NCBI GenBank assembly: GCA_044342325.1 | Contig: JBIIPZ010000001.1 | Span: 79,564 to 143,563, forward strand | Source: Terrimicrobiaceae bacterium | GTDB taxonomy: Bacteria; Verrucomicrobiota; Verrucomicrobiia; Chthoniobacterales; Terrimicrobiaceae | Direction of reading: 5' to 3' | Length of the DNA: 64,000 nt | Shown here: positions 35,801 to 44,203 of the stretch, piece by piece | Position numbering within the stretch: position 1 is the stretch's first letter | Layout: each line of letters starts with the position of its first letter | Program-made: the position numbers and the translations under genes | Notes under the pieces: model-generated | What the model was told of the DNA's origin: nothing | The model's input: only the letters and a program-made list of their open reading frames with translations | Databases searched by the model: none

Positions 35801-37429
35801 CATAACGAGCTTCTCGCGGATCGGATCGATCGGCGGGTTGGTGACCTGTGCGAAGAGTTGCTTGAAGTAGGTGTAGAGCAGGCGTGGCTTTGCGGACAGG
35901 ACCGCGAGCGGTGTGTCATCCCCCATCGAGCCCACGGCTTCGGCGCCGTCTTTGAGCATGGGTTTGATGATCATGTCCACTTCTTCGGATGAATACCCGA
36001 ATGCAACCTGGCGCTGGGTGAGCGTGAGGATGTCGAGTTCGCCAACGGGGGCGGTGACCTGCTTTTCGGTCAGCTGAGGCAGGTTGCTGAGGTTGTTTTT
36101 CAGCCATTCGCCATACGGTTGGCGGGCTGCAAGGCTGGCCTTGATGTCGGCATCGCGGAGGAGTTTTCCGGCGGCCGTGTCGATAGCGATCATCTCGCCG
36201 GGGGCAAGACGGCCTTTTTCAACAATCTTGAGCTGGTCGAGTTGGGAACCGCCGACCTCGGAGGCCATGACGAACATGCCGTCCTCGGTGATGTTGTAAC
36301 GCGCAGGGCGGAGTCCGTTGCGGTCAAGGCAGGCTCCAGCGATGACGCCATCGGTGAAGGTGAGCGCGGCTGGTCCATCCCAAGGCTCGGAGAAGCAGCG
36401 GTGGTAGTTGTAGAAATCCTTGAGCTCCTGCGAGAGGTTCGGGTCCGTGCGGTAGGACGGAGGCACGAGCATCGTCACGGCGTGCAGGATGCTGCGGCCG
36501 CTCATGGTGAGAACCTCCAGCGCATTGTCGAGGCTGGCGGAGTCGGAGCCGCCAGGTTGGATGATCGGCTTGAGGAGGTCGATGTCGGCACCCCAGAAAT
36601 CGGCTTTCAGCTCGGCCTCGCGGGCATGCATCCAATTCCGGTTGCCACGGATCGTGTTGATCTCGCCATTGTGGGCGAGCATGCGGAACGGATGGGCCAG
36701 CGGCCAAGTCGGGAAGGTGTTTGTGCTGTAGCGCTGGTGGAAGAGCGCGATGGCCGTCTCGTAGTCGGGATTCGCGAGGTCGGGGTAGAATTTTTCGAGG
36801 GATGCCGAAACGAGGAGGCCCTTGTAAACAATCGTGCGGTGCGAGAACGAAGGGATGTAGAAATCCTTGATCTTGTCGGCGGCGGCGCGGTCCTCGATTT
36901 CGTTGCGGGCTAGGAAAAGACGGCGCTCGTAGTCGTCATCGGACATCCCGGCAGGGCGGCCGACCAGAACCTGCTCGATGAGCGGCATGGTGGACTGGGC
37001 TTTTTCGCCGAGCACATGGTCGTTGATGGGGACCACGCGCCATCCGAACACGAAGAGTTCGCGTTTTTTCAGAACCTCTTCGGTGATCGCGCGGGCGCGA
37101 GCGGTCTCGTATTCGTTGTGCGCGGGCAGGAACATGACGCCCACTCCGAGGTCGCTGGGATTGTAAAGTGTGTGGCCAAGCTTCTCCACTTCGGGAGTGA
37201 AGATTTTGTAGGGAATCTGTGTGGTGATGCCCGCGCCGTCGCCGGTCTTCGCATCGGCATCCAGCGCGCCACGGTGCATGAGGCTGCAGATTGAGAGCAG
37301 GGCGGTCTCGAGAATGGCATTCGAGCGTTCGCCACTGATCTGGGCCACGAGTCCGACGCCGCAGGCGTCATGCTCGAGGTCGGGATTGTAGAGTCCGTTC
37401 GAATCGCGGGATGGCAGAGCTTGGTTCAT
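32846..37429 (-). CDS. gltB: Glutamate synthase large subunit
   Basis: EHDACGVG, HQRYSTNT, PWDGPA, KMAQGAKPGEGG, 3Fe-4S motif GC..VRQCHLNTC. Confidence 0.98.
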   Translation of the reverse strand: MNQALPSRDSNGLYNPDLEHDACGVGLVAQISGERSNAILETALLSICSLMHRGALDADAKTGDGAGITTQIPYKIFTPEVEKLGHTLYNPSDLGVGVMFLPAHNEYETARARAITEEVLKKRELFVFGWRVVPINDHVLGEKAQSTMPLIEQVLVGRPAGMSDDDYERRLFLARNEIEDRAAADKIKDFYIPSFSHRTIVYKGLLVSASLEKFYPDLANPDYETAIALFHQRYSTNTFPTWPLAHPFRMLAHNGEINTIRGNRNWMHAREAELKADFWGADIDLLKPIIQPGGSDSASLDNALEVLTMSGRSILHAVTMLVPPSYRTDPNLSQELKDFYNYHRCFSEPWDGPAALTFTDGVIAGACLDRNGLRPARYNITEDGMFVMASEVGGSQLDQLKIVEKGRLAPGEMIAIDTAAGKLLRDADIKASLAARQPYGEWLKNNLSNLPQLTEKQVTAPVGELDILTLTQRQVAFGYSSEEVDMIIKPMLKDGAEAVGSMGDDTPLAVLSAKPRLLYTYFKQLFAQVTNPPIDPIREKLVMSLNTVLGWRKNMLAETPEHARLVSLESPALLNEELAAIQAVGNEHKSTTVSTLWNASEGEDGLEPAIKRICADAEAAIDADTRILILSDYGVDHGKVPVPMLLAVGAVHHHLIRVGKRMRASLVCQTGEARDVHQIACLIGFGAAAVNPYLAFETIRELLERDGANGDFAKSAINYRKAIEAGILKIMSKMGISVVNSYRGAQIFEAIGISSKLIEECFKGTASQIEGIGFKEIAIESLTRHAMAYSEAVPIEAGKLSDPGYYRFRRGGEMHAVTPPVLQSFHAYVGIKGADKAGKAEDYKKYVDSVLANTPVALRNLLEILPTTEGPISIDEVEPIEDIRKRFTTAGMSLGALSPEAHECLAIAMNRIGGKSNSGEGGEDPARFKRRDNGDWANSAIKQIASGRFGVSAAYLASAKEIEIKMAQGAKPGEGGQLPGHKVSAYIAKLRHSVEGVTLISPPPHHDIYSIEDLAQLIYDLKQVNPRARICVKLVSTAGVGTIAAGVAKAHADIILVSGHEGGTGASPLSSIKHAGGPWELGVAEAHQVLMLNGLRNRVTLRTDGGMRSGEDIVYAALLGAEEFNFGTAALIAMGCVYVRQCHLNTCPVGVATIDDRLRAKFKGRPENVVAFFNGVATEVREMMARLGFRTIDEMVGRVECLRQKEIPNHPKANTLDLSRLLVNVAADDPSAVRHATRSRNDGPEDSTLDETVLQDAKDAITDGRPISLSYEVENTSRSVGTQVSGEIGYQWGEEGIANGTVELKLKGSAGQSFGAFLSPGVRLLLTGEANDYVGKTMSGGEIVIKPEPGSLFIPHEAMIIGNTVMYGASGGRLFANGRAGERFCVRNSGGTAVVEGIGDHGCEYMTNGTVVVLGRTGKNFGAGMTGGAAYILDLENRFERLYNNQLISISRLAADSDIATLKALIQEHHDLTGSPRATEILGAWNKFQPLFWKVSPNVPTAKPVPEPSKEPEATGKVISEEVIASR

Positions 37430-37461
37430 GGTCAAAAAAAATAACGAGCCAGCAAGAATCG

Positions 37462-37483
37462 CTCCACAATTTAGAATGTGGAG
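37462..37483. promoter_or_regulatory. Palindromic candidate operator upstream of gltB
   Basis: CTCCACA-N8-TGTGGAG, about 33 nt upstream of the ATG, in an AT-rich region. Confidence 0.45.
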
Positions 37484-37574
37484 AATTTTTTTGAAAAAAA
37501 TTGACGGTCAATCCGAGCGGTTCGCCGGATTTTTCATTTGGGGGAGTCTGGCGAATTGGGTGCTCAATCCGCTC

Positions 37575-38123
37575 TCAACGGGCGTGGCGGCGGATCGCCT
37601 CCTCTTTGAGAATGCCGATGTAGGGCAGGTTCCGGTATTGCTCGTTGTAGTCGAGTCCGTAGCCGACCACGAATTCGTCGGGGATCTCAAAGCCGACATA
37701 ATCAGCCACTGTGGCTGCCTCGCGCTGTAGTTTTTTGCGCAGCAACACGCAGGAACGGATGCTTGCCGCGCCGGATTCCGCTGCGAGACGGTCTTTGATG
37801 GCACGCAGGGTCAGGCCGCTGTCGAGGATGTCGTCGAGGATCAAAACATGCCGCCCGGTGACATCGGCGATGGAGTTTTGCCGGAATTCGATGCGGCCCT
37901 TGGATTTCGTGCCGTGGTAGCTGGAGACGCTCCACGAATCGATTTGGAGCGGCAGTGGAACACGCCGTAGCAGGTCGGCCATGAAAATGAAGCTGCCATT
38001 CAGGATCGAGACTACGGTCAGTTCCTTACCCTCGTAGTCCTTGGCGATGGTATGGGCCATCTCGTCTAGGCGGCTGAGGATAGTTGTCTCGTGATACAGA
38101 ATCCGGTCGATGTCGCCTTGCAT
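37575..38123 (-). CDS. hpt: Hypoxanthine phosphoribosyltransferase
   Basis: ILNGSFIFMADL, VSSY, LILDDILDSGLTL, FVVGYGLDY. Confidence 0.95.
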   Translation of the reverse strand: MQGDIDRILYHETTILSRLDEMAHTIAKDYEGKELTVVSILNGSFIFMADLLRRVPLPLQIDSWSVSSYHGTKSKGRIEFRQNSIADVTGRHVLILDDILDSGLTLRAIKDRLAAESGAASIRSCVLLRKKLQREAATVADYVGFEIPDEFVVGYGLDYNEQYRNLPYIGILKEEAIRRHAR

Positions 38124-38160
38124 GCGGGGGATTCGTAGCCAGCGCGCTGCGGCAGGCAAG

Positions 38161-38778
38161 CTATTCGATCACGCCCAGCGAGCGCAGGTTGCCGTTCTCG
38201 AGGGCAAAAATCTCGCGGCTCACGGGGTGGTTGGAGGAGAGGTAGGTATTGATGATCCTTTCCGACAAGCGGAGGTGGATATTGTCCTGCTTAGAAAAAA
38301 CCAGCACCTGATTGCGTGTCGGTATGGCGACGAGCAGGTCGGGGCCGAGTGTTTTCTCAAAAGCAGACGCAAACTCCGGCGCGAGCACGCAGGAGGCGGT
38401 GAGGGGATCATCCGACTCGATGGCGGCGTATTGGATCACCTGCTTTTTATTTCGCACAAAGGTGGGCTTCATACGCTTGAAAACCTCCGAAGCGGTCTGC
38501 AGAGCCTGCTCCTGGATCATTGGATAGGTCATGTGGACGGATTTTTTCTCCTCGCGGGTGAGCGGTTGGATTTCTCCATTCGCGATGCGGGCTATTGCCA
38601 GCACTGTCCGCTGCGAGTCCTGAATCGGGCGTCGCATTTTGTGATCCATGAACGATGGCTCCACGAGGAGGGCCCATTGGTCGGCGCGGAGGGTTGCGGT
38701 GGAAGCCGCCGCAAAAAGAAAAACCAAGATCGCCCTTTCGAGTGTGGTGCGGGCTCTGGTAGTAATGGAAGGCATCAT
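38161..38778 (-). CDS. Exported hypothetical protein
   Basis: Signal-peptide-like N-terminus; AS..L, LLVAIPTRN, PVS.EIF; ends 2 nt before the longest hpt ORF frame. Confidence 0.6.
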   Translation of the reverse strand: MMPSITTRARTTLERAILVFLFAAASTATLRADQWALLVEPSFMDHKMRRPIQDSQRTVLAIARIANGEIQPLTREEKKSVHMTYPMIQEQALQTASEVFKRMKPTFVRNKKQVIQYAAIESDDPLTASCVLAPEFASAFEKTLGPDLLVAIPTRNQVLVFSKQDNIHLRLSERIINTYLSSNHPVSREIFALENGNLRSLGVIE

Positions 38779-39382
38779 GATTGCGTTTTTAGAAGGAACA
38801 CTCGCCGAGTCTCTCCCCACACAGATCGTCGTCAATGTCCATGGTGTCGGGTATCAAGTGATGATTCCCATATCAAGTTTCGAGCGGTTGCCGCAGCCTG
38901 GCTCGGCCGTGAAGATCCTCACGCATCTCGCCGTCCGCGAGGATGCACATGTGCTCTATGGATTTTGCACCGCCGGTGAGCGCGATCTCTTTCGTCTGCT
39001 TCTTAATCATGTCACTGGCGTCGGCCCGAAGATCGCGCTCGCGGTGCTCAGCGGTCTCTCGGTGGAAATGTTTAAATCCGCCGTTGTGGCCGGGGATACC
39101 GGAACGATCTCGAAGATCAGCGGAGTTGGTAAAAAAACCGCCGAGCGAATTGTGCTCGAGCTGAAAGACAAGGTTGGCGTCGCCGCCGAGTGGGAGGCCT
39201 CCAGTGCGAAGAACGCACCGAGCCAGGAAGATGTCCGCTTGCATGATGCCGTGCTGGCTTTGATTTCCCTCGGTTACAAACAGGTCGAGGCCCACAAGGC
39301 GATTCGGGCGGTAATGAAGACGGGGGATGAAATGCCGACCTCTGAGGAGTTGATCCGCCAGGCGCTGAAAATCCTCTCATGA
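38777..39382 (+). CDS. ruvA: Holliday junction branch migration protein RuvA
   Basis: MIAFLEG, VHGVGY, VREDA..LYGF, GVGPK, GVGKKTAERIVLEL, ALISLGY. Confidence 0.96.
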   Translation: MIAFLEGTLAESLPTQIVVNVHGVGYQVMIPISSFERLPQPGSAVKILTHLAVREDAHVLYGFCTAGERDLFRLLLNHVTGVGPKIALAVLSGLSVEMFKSAVVAGDTGTISKISGVGKKTAERIVLELKDKVGVAAEWEASSAKNAPSQEDVRLHDAVLALISLGYKQVEAHKAIRAVMKTGDEMPTSEELIRQALKILS

Positions 39383-40665
39383 GTCCGATTGAATCGGCCC
39401 GTGCCGTCCGTGCCGCCATGCCCGAGGGTGGTCTCTTTCATGAAAAGGAATGGCGCATCGCCCCGGCACCCTTTGCGCTGCCGGATGGACTCGCGCCGGA
39501 ACTCGAAAAGCTCGGCTACCGGCTCATGCTTTTCCTGCGAGCATGCGACCAACTTTACCGCCAGAGCGTGAAAGGCCGCCAGCCCGCTTGGGTTGCCGAT
39601 CTCCTCGATGCGGGCAAACCGCCGGAACTCGTCGCCTTCCAGCGCGACTGCGGACTCGCGGGCGACATTCACCGCGTCATTCGGCCCGACTTGGTTCTCA
39701 CCGAAGATGGCTTCACCATCGCCGAGATCGATAGTGTTCCTGGCGGAATCGGGCTCACGGCCTGGCTCAACAAAACCTACGCAGCGCTGGGATTTGATGT
39801 CCTTGGCGGGGCGGATGGCATGCTGCGCGGATTCTCGGACATCCTACCCGGGGGTGACATCGTCGTCTCGGAGGAGGCGGCGACCTACAGGCCGGAAATG
39901 GAATGGCTCGCTGGCGAGTTGAATGCGACCTCGCCGCAATGGCGCGTCGTGGATGGTTCGGCGAGGGATGACTGGCAGCAACGGATTTATCGTTTTTTCG
40001 AACTGTTCGATTTGGCGAATGTGCCTGCGTCATTGGGAATCATGGACGGCGTTCGTGCTCGCTCGATCCAAGTCACTCCGCCGTTCAAGCCTGCTTTGGA
40101 AGAGAAGCTGTGGTTCGCCCTTTTTTGGATGAAGCCGCTGGAGGACTTCTGGCGCCGCGAACTCAGCGAGCGCGCGTTTTTAGCGCTGCAAAAAGTGATC
40201 CCCTACACATGGCTGGTCGATCCGCAGCCGCTGCCGCGTCACGCGGTTCTTCCGAGGCTCGAGGCGCATTCGTGGGACGAGGTCGCGAAATTCAGCCAGA
40301 AGCGTCGGAATTTTATTTTGAAGGTGAGCGGATTTTCCGAACGGGCGTGGGGGTCGCGCGGTGTGGTTGTGGCAAGCGACCTGCCGCAGAAGGAATGGCA
40401 GGGCGAGTTGGAATCGGCCTTGGTGGCTTTTCCCTCGCAGCCTCACATCCTCCAGGTTTTTCATACGGGGAGGCTCTTCGATGCCGAATACTGGCTCCCT
40501 GAAAATGCCGACCTACAGAGGATGCGTGGACGGGTGCGCCTGTGTCCGTATTTCTTCGTTGGCGAAAAAACGACGCAACTCGGCGGTGCGCTGGCCACCA
40601 TCTGTCCCGACGACAAAAAGCTCCTTCATGGAATGCGCGACGCCATTTTGGCTCCTGTCGCGTGA
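39379..40665 (+). CDS. Conserved hypothetical protein, probable ATP-grasp-like amide ligase
   Basis: IRPDLVL...F.IAEIDSVPGG, ILK.SG, GSRGV, ILQ, RVRLCPY; overlaps ruvA stop (ATGA). Confidence 0.6.
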   Translation: MSPIESARAVRAAMPEGGLFHEKEWRIAPAPFALPDGLAPELEKLGYRLMLFLRACDQLYRQSVKGRQPAWVADLLDAGKPPELVAFQRDCGLAGDIHRVIRPDLVLTEDGFTIAEIDSVPGGIGLTAWLNKTYAALGFDVLGGADGMLRGFSDILPGGDIVVSEEAATYRPEMEWLAGELNATSPQWRVVDGSARDDWQQRIYRFFELFDLANVPASLGIMDGVRARSIQVTPPFKPALEEKLWFALFWMKPLEDFWRRELSERAFLALQKVIPYTWLVDPQPLPRHAVLPRLEAHSWDEVAKFSQKRRNFILKVSGFSERAWGSRGVVVASDLPQKEWQGELESALVAFPSQPHILQVFHTGRLFDAEYWLPENADLQRMRGRVRLCPYFFVGEKTTQLGGALATICPDDKKLLHGMRDAILAPVA

Positions 40666-40671
40666 GCGGCC

Positions 40672-41535
40672 TCAGGGCTTGAGTCGGCGTGACAGGTCGC
40701 GCAGGGCGCGGGCGAGCAAGGGATCGCTGATTCTCAGCAGCGCGCGGTAAACCGGCAGCACAACGCGGCGGCGGACGAACCGTTCGGGCCAGTGTGGCAG
40801 AAGCGTCGCGACACGAAGCGGGAAGAGTTGCAGTGTGCGGCCATCCTCAGTGGGACATTGCATGCGACAGCCGGGCTGGATGGTTCCTATGGCACCTGCC
40901 TCTTCGGCTGCTTCCATGAGTGCGACTTCTTCGAGTGACATCCCGGATTCGAGGTGTCCTTTAGGAATAAGCCAGCGTGCGCCCGAGGAACTGGTGATGA
41001 GAACGATGTGGAGAACGCCCTTTTTGAAAAGAAACGGCACGGCCCCCGCTTGGACATCTGTATCGCCGGACACCGGGACGCCATGCAGGGCGATCTGGCG
41101 GAGGGAGTCGGAATCGGGGAGCGTGATTTCGCGGCCAAGAAATGCAGGTTTTCGGAAACGGCGCGCGCTTGAGGCATTCGAGAAGCGGATTCGTGCCATC
41201 ACCAGCGGAGCGTGCATGTCGGTGAAGACATCGAGTTCCATGGTCGCATCGCCGTGGGGAAGTTGGTGGCGGGTCACTTCAACACGGTGGCCTTCCGTGT
41301 TTTTCCATAGCGCATTGAAGGTCGTTTCCGGGATGGGAACAGGATCTAAAACACTTCCATTCGAGGGGGCGGTGATGACGGCAATGCCACAGTTTCGCCC
41401 CTCTTGCCTCACCCAGACCTCACGCGTGCGGTCATGCGAGAGACATCCGAGTTTCACACGGGAGGCAGCTAGGCCCTTGAGGACAGGTAGCGGGCCTTCG
41501 ACGAGGAAAAGGCGTTCCGATTTGCGGGCTGTCAT
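40672..41535 (-). CDS. Degenerate CYTH domain fused to a NUDIX hydrolase
   Basis: ERLFLV, ELDVF, F..P.FLGREIT (CYTH); QAGAVP, LITSS, WLIPKG...EAAEEAG (NUDIX). Confidence 0.78.
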   Translation of the reverse strand: MTARKSERLFLVEGPLPVLKGLAASRVKLGCLSHDRTREVWVRQEGRNCGIAVITAPSNGSVLDPVPIPETTFNALWKNTEGHRVEVTRHQLPHGDATMELDVFTDMHAPLVMARIRFSNASSARRFRKPAFLGREITLPDSDSLRQIALHGVPVSGDTDVQAGAVPFLFKKGVLHIVLITSSSGARWLIPKGHLESGMSLEEVALMEAAEEAGAIGTIQPGCRMQCPTEDGRTLQLFPLRVATLLPHWPERFVRRRVVLPVYRALLRISDPLLARALRDLSRRLKP

Positions 41536-41592
41536 GGGATGGGGCTCACTCGTTCAAATGACGGTTGGGAAATTCGGGAGTCAAGCTTGGCT

Positions 41593-43233
41593 TCAAGCTT
41601 TTTGTAGGAGTGAGGAGGCCCGACGTGCGTTGGCACCCCGAGAAAATTGATCCAGCGAGGAGCATAGTTTTTCGCGGAGGGCGGCGTGTTCGTGGTGTAG
41701 GCTGCCAATGAGGCCGCCAAGGGACAGCGCGAGGCGGGTATCGCCGGATTCGAGATGTCTTCCGGCGTGATGCAGAAGATAATCCTGTTGGAGCGATGTG
41801 TCGTTGTAACGGCCGAGGCGGTTCTGGAGTTTTGCCAGTTGCCTAGCAAGGGGATCGACTGTCTCCGCTGGAAAGAGATGGCCAAAGCACTCCAGAAGAT
41901 AGCGCATTTTTTTACAATCGATGCGGATCGAGTGGATCACCGGGTCCGGAGTTTCCGCAGTGATCGATTTGCTGATTTTGCGAATACGGCGGAAGCGTTT
42001 CAGAATTCGCTCTCCGGCAACTGCGAGGATCGGACGCGTGGAATTTGGTGTGGCATCCATCGAGTGAGCCGAACCCCATGCATTTTGAAGCGAGGCTATG
42101 TGGTTTTTGTAGGTATCGGAGCTAAAAAACTCCGCAACCCGCGCCGCTTCGAGTTGGCGCTCAGCCTTGAGTTCCTCGAAGAACGAATCAAGCCCGCTTC
42201 GAATTTCCTCGGGCAGCATGTTTTCAAGACGGCGTCGCGAGAGAAGATAAACATCGAAATCGCGCAGGGCGTTTGTTCTGCGGCAAAGGTCGCCGATTTG
42301 TTTCTTCCATGCTTCGGCGAGGTGCTCGGGAAAAACGCCTTTCATTTGGCCGGTCACCGAGCGGAGTTTGCGGAGCGAGACGCGGTAGTCGTGGAGAAAT
42401 TCCGTGTCGATATCCTTGATTATGCCTTCCTCATTCCAGCGGGCGATGGACAGCAGGCTGCTGAAGATTTCCAGCAGGACGGTGCGGGCGTGTGTCTCTG
42501 GAGCAAAGGCGAGCCGGAGTTTCAGCGAGTAGGGCGCCGGGCGCACCCTGCAGAGCTTGTAGGCTTCCTGGACAAGGTTCTCGTGGGTTGGTCGGCAGTC
42601 GGCGGCTATCAAGGCCTGAGCAACCGCTCCCATGTCGAATTTCACGCCTGCGACAGGAAGGACTTCGACCAGGGTTGTCCGAACTTTTCGCGATCTTGTG
42701 GTCGCAATCCGGCACACCGCAAGGCGGAAGACAATCCGGCGCGATGCATCGTGGGCCTCGAAAAAATCCCGCTGCAAATGCACCGAAGCCGTCTTCCGCA
42801 GCGCACGGATATCCGTCAAGTCGCCCAGTTGAGTGCGCAGCGGTCCCTCCGAAAAATCCTCCGCGAATTTTGGGGTTTGCGGGGTATCGGCTGATCGAAA
42901 CAATTCGTCACCCGCTTGGAGCGTCCATCCATTTTCGTTCGCCAGAATGGCGTTGCCGAACCAGAGGCTCCACACATGGGTGTCGTAAAAATCGCACGGG
43001 CGGGATTCGGATTCGATCCTCCGGAGGCTCAGGTCTTTAAATATGCGGGGTTTGATTTCAAAGGAGCCCCTGCAAACAAAGTGATGCACAGCGGCGGCAT
43101 CCGGCGCGGATTCGTCGGGAGCTATGTGGAATGGATTTTCCGGTTTCAACAAAGGGAAATCAAATGTCGCAGGTTGGATTTTGCAATGGGGGTGAAGGAC
43201 TCTCCGGCCAATCAGTAAACTTCGGGAACCCAC
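41593..43233 (-). CDS. CHAD-domain protein (start uncertain, possibly about 43090-43150)
   Basis: DTEFLHDYRVSLRKLRS, LRDFDV, IHSIRIDCKKMRY, LQNRLG.YND. Confidence 0.88.
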   Translation of the reverse strand: MGSRSLLIGRRVLHPHCKIQPATFDFPLLKPENPFHIAPDESAPDAAAVHHFVCRGSFEIKPRIFKDLSLRRIESESRPCDFYDTHVWSLWFGNAILANENGWTLQAGDELFRSADTPQTPKFAEDFSEGPLRTQLGDLTDIRALRKTASVHLQRDFFEAHDASRRIVFRLAVCRIATTRSRKVRTTLVEVLPVAGVKFDMGAVAQALIAADCRPTHENLVQEAYKLCRVRPAPYSLKLRLAFAPETHARTVLLEIFSSLLSIARWNEEGIIKDIDTEFLHDYRVSLRKLRSVTGQMKGVFPEHLAEAWKKQIGDLCRRTNALRDFDVYLLSRRRLENMLPEEIRSGLDSFFEELKAERQLEAARVAEFFSSDTYKNHIASLQNAWGSAHSMDATPNSTRPILAVAGERILKRFRRIRKISKSITAETPDPVIHSIRIDCKKMRYLLECFGHLFPAETVDPLARQLAKLQNRLGRYNDTSLQQDYLLHHAGRHLESGDTRLALSLGGLIGSLHHEHAALREKLCSSLDQFSRGANARRASSLLQKA

Positions 43234-44120
43234 ATTTCCTTGGGAACATCGTGCCGGTGGTAATCCGGATGATGGATTCGGGCGGGCAGAGTGATCGGGG
43301 CGTGAGGCACTGCTTCGTAGGGGACTTGGCTCAGAAGGTGCGCGATACAGTTCAAGCGGGCCTTCTTTTTATCCACCGCATGGACGACCCGCCACGGAGC
43401 CTCCGGGATGCTCGTGCGCTGGAGCATGACCTCCTTGGCTTTGGTATAGTCCTCCCAGCGGGTGCGCGATTCGAGGTCCATCGGGCTGAGTTTCCACTGC
43501 TTCAAGGGATCCTGAATACGCGCGTTGAAGCGGAATTCCTGCTCGGCGTCTGTGATCGAGAACCAGTATTTGATGAGCTGAATTCCGGAACGCACGAGCA
43601 TCTTCTCAAACTCCGGCACATCGTTGAAAAATTGTCCGTATTCCTCGACGGAGCAGAAGCCCATGACGCGCTCGACGCCGGCGCGGTTATACCAACTACG
43701 GTCGAAGAGAACGATCTCGCCCGCCGCCGGGAGGTGCGCGACATAGCGCTGGAAATACCACTGCGTCCGCTCACGGCTGTTCGGTGCTGGCAGCGCTGCC
43801 ACGCGGCAAACGCGTGGGTTCATCCGTTGGGAAATGCGTTTGATGACTCCTCCTTTGCCTGCGGCATCGCGGCCTTCGAAAATAATGACGATCTTTTTTC
43901 CCGTTTTGACGACCCAGTCCTGGAGCTTCACCAATTCACTCTGGAGGCGGAAGAGTTCGCGGAAATAAGTTTGGCGGAACGCGTGGTCGGTGGCTTTCGA
44001 ATCCGCATTGCCTGCCCCGGGGCCGACTGTCTCCTCCAGTTCGAGTTCCAGTTCCTCGTCGAGATTGTCGAGGATTTCTTGGCGGATTCGTTGGTGAAGG
44101 TCGTCGGGTTCTTTTGTCAT
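43212..44120 (-). CDS. ppk2: Polyphosphate kinase 2
   Basis: FEGRDAAGKGG, WYFQRY, FDRSWYNRAGVE, WKLSPMD. Confidence 0.96.
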   Translation of the reverse strand: MTKEPDDLHQRIRQEILDNLDEELELELEETVGPGAGNADSKATDHAFRQTYFRELFRLQSELVKLQDWVVKTGKKIVIIFEGRDAAGKGGVIKRISQRMNPRVCRVAALPAPNSRERTQWYFQRYVAHLPAAGEIVLFDRSWYNRAGVERVMGFCSVEEYGQFFNDVPEFEKMLVRSGIQLIKYWFSITDAEQEFRFNARIQDPLKQWKLSPMDLESRTRWEDYTKAKEVMLQRTSIPEAPWRVVHAVDKKKARLNCIAHLLSQVPYEAVPHAPITLPARIHHPDYHRHDVPKEMWVPEVY

Positions 44121-44203
44121 GATGCGATTTTCTCTCTAACCTTCCGGACTGTCCACAATCCGCCGCTTGTGAACTTTTCGTGACACAAGCGAAGCGAGGG
44201 CGC

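Noticed and set aside
34001..35992. 663-aa plus-strand ORF and similar long antisense ORFs (399-1001, 4196-5338, 41755-42894, 43131-44183, 47776-48708)
   Set aside because: Shadow frames opposite genes with clear motifs, as expected from GC-rich codon bias; no motifs of their own.
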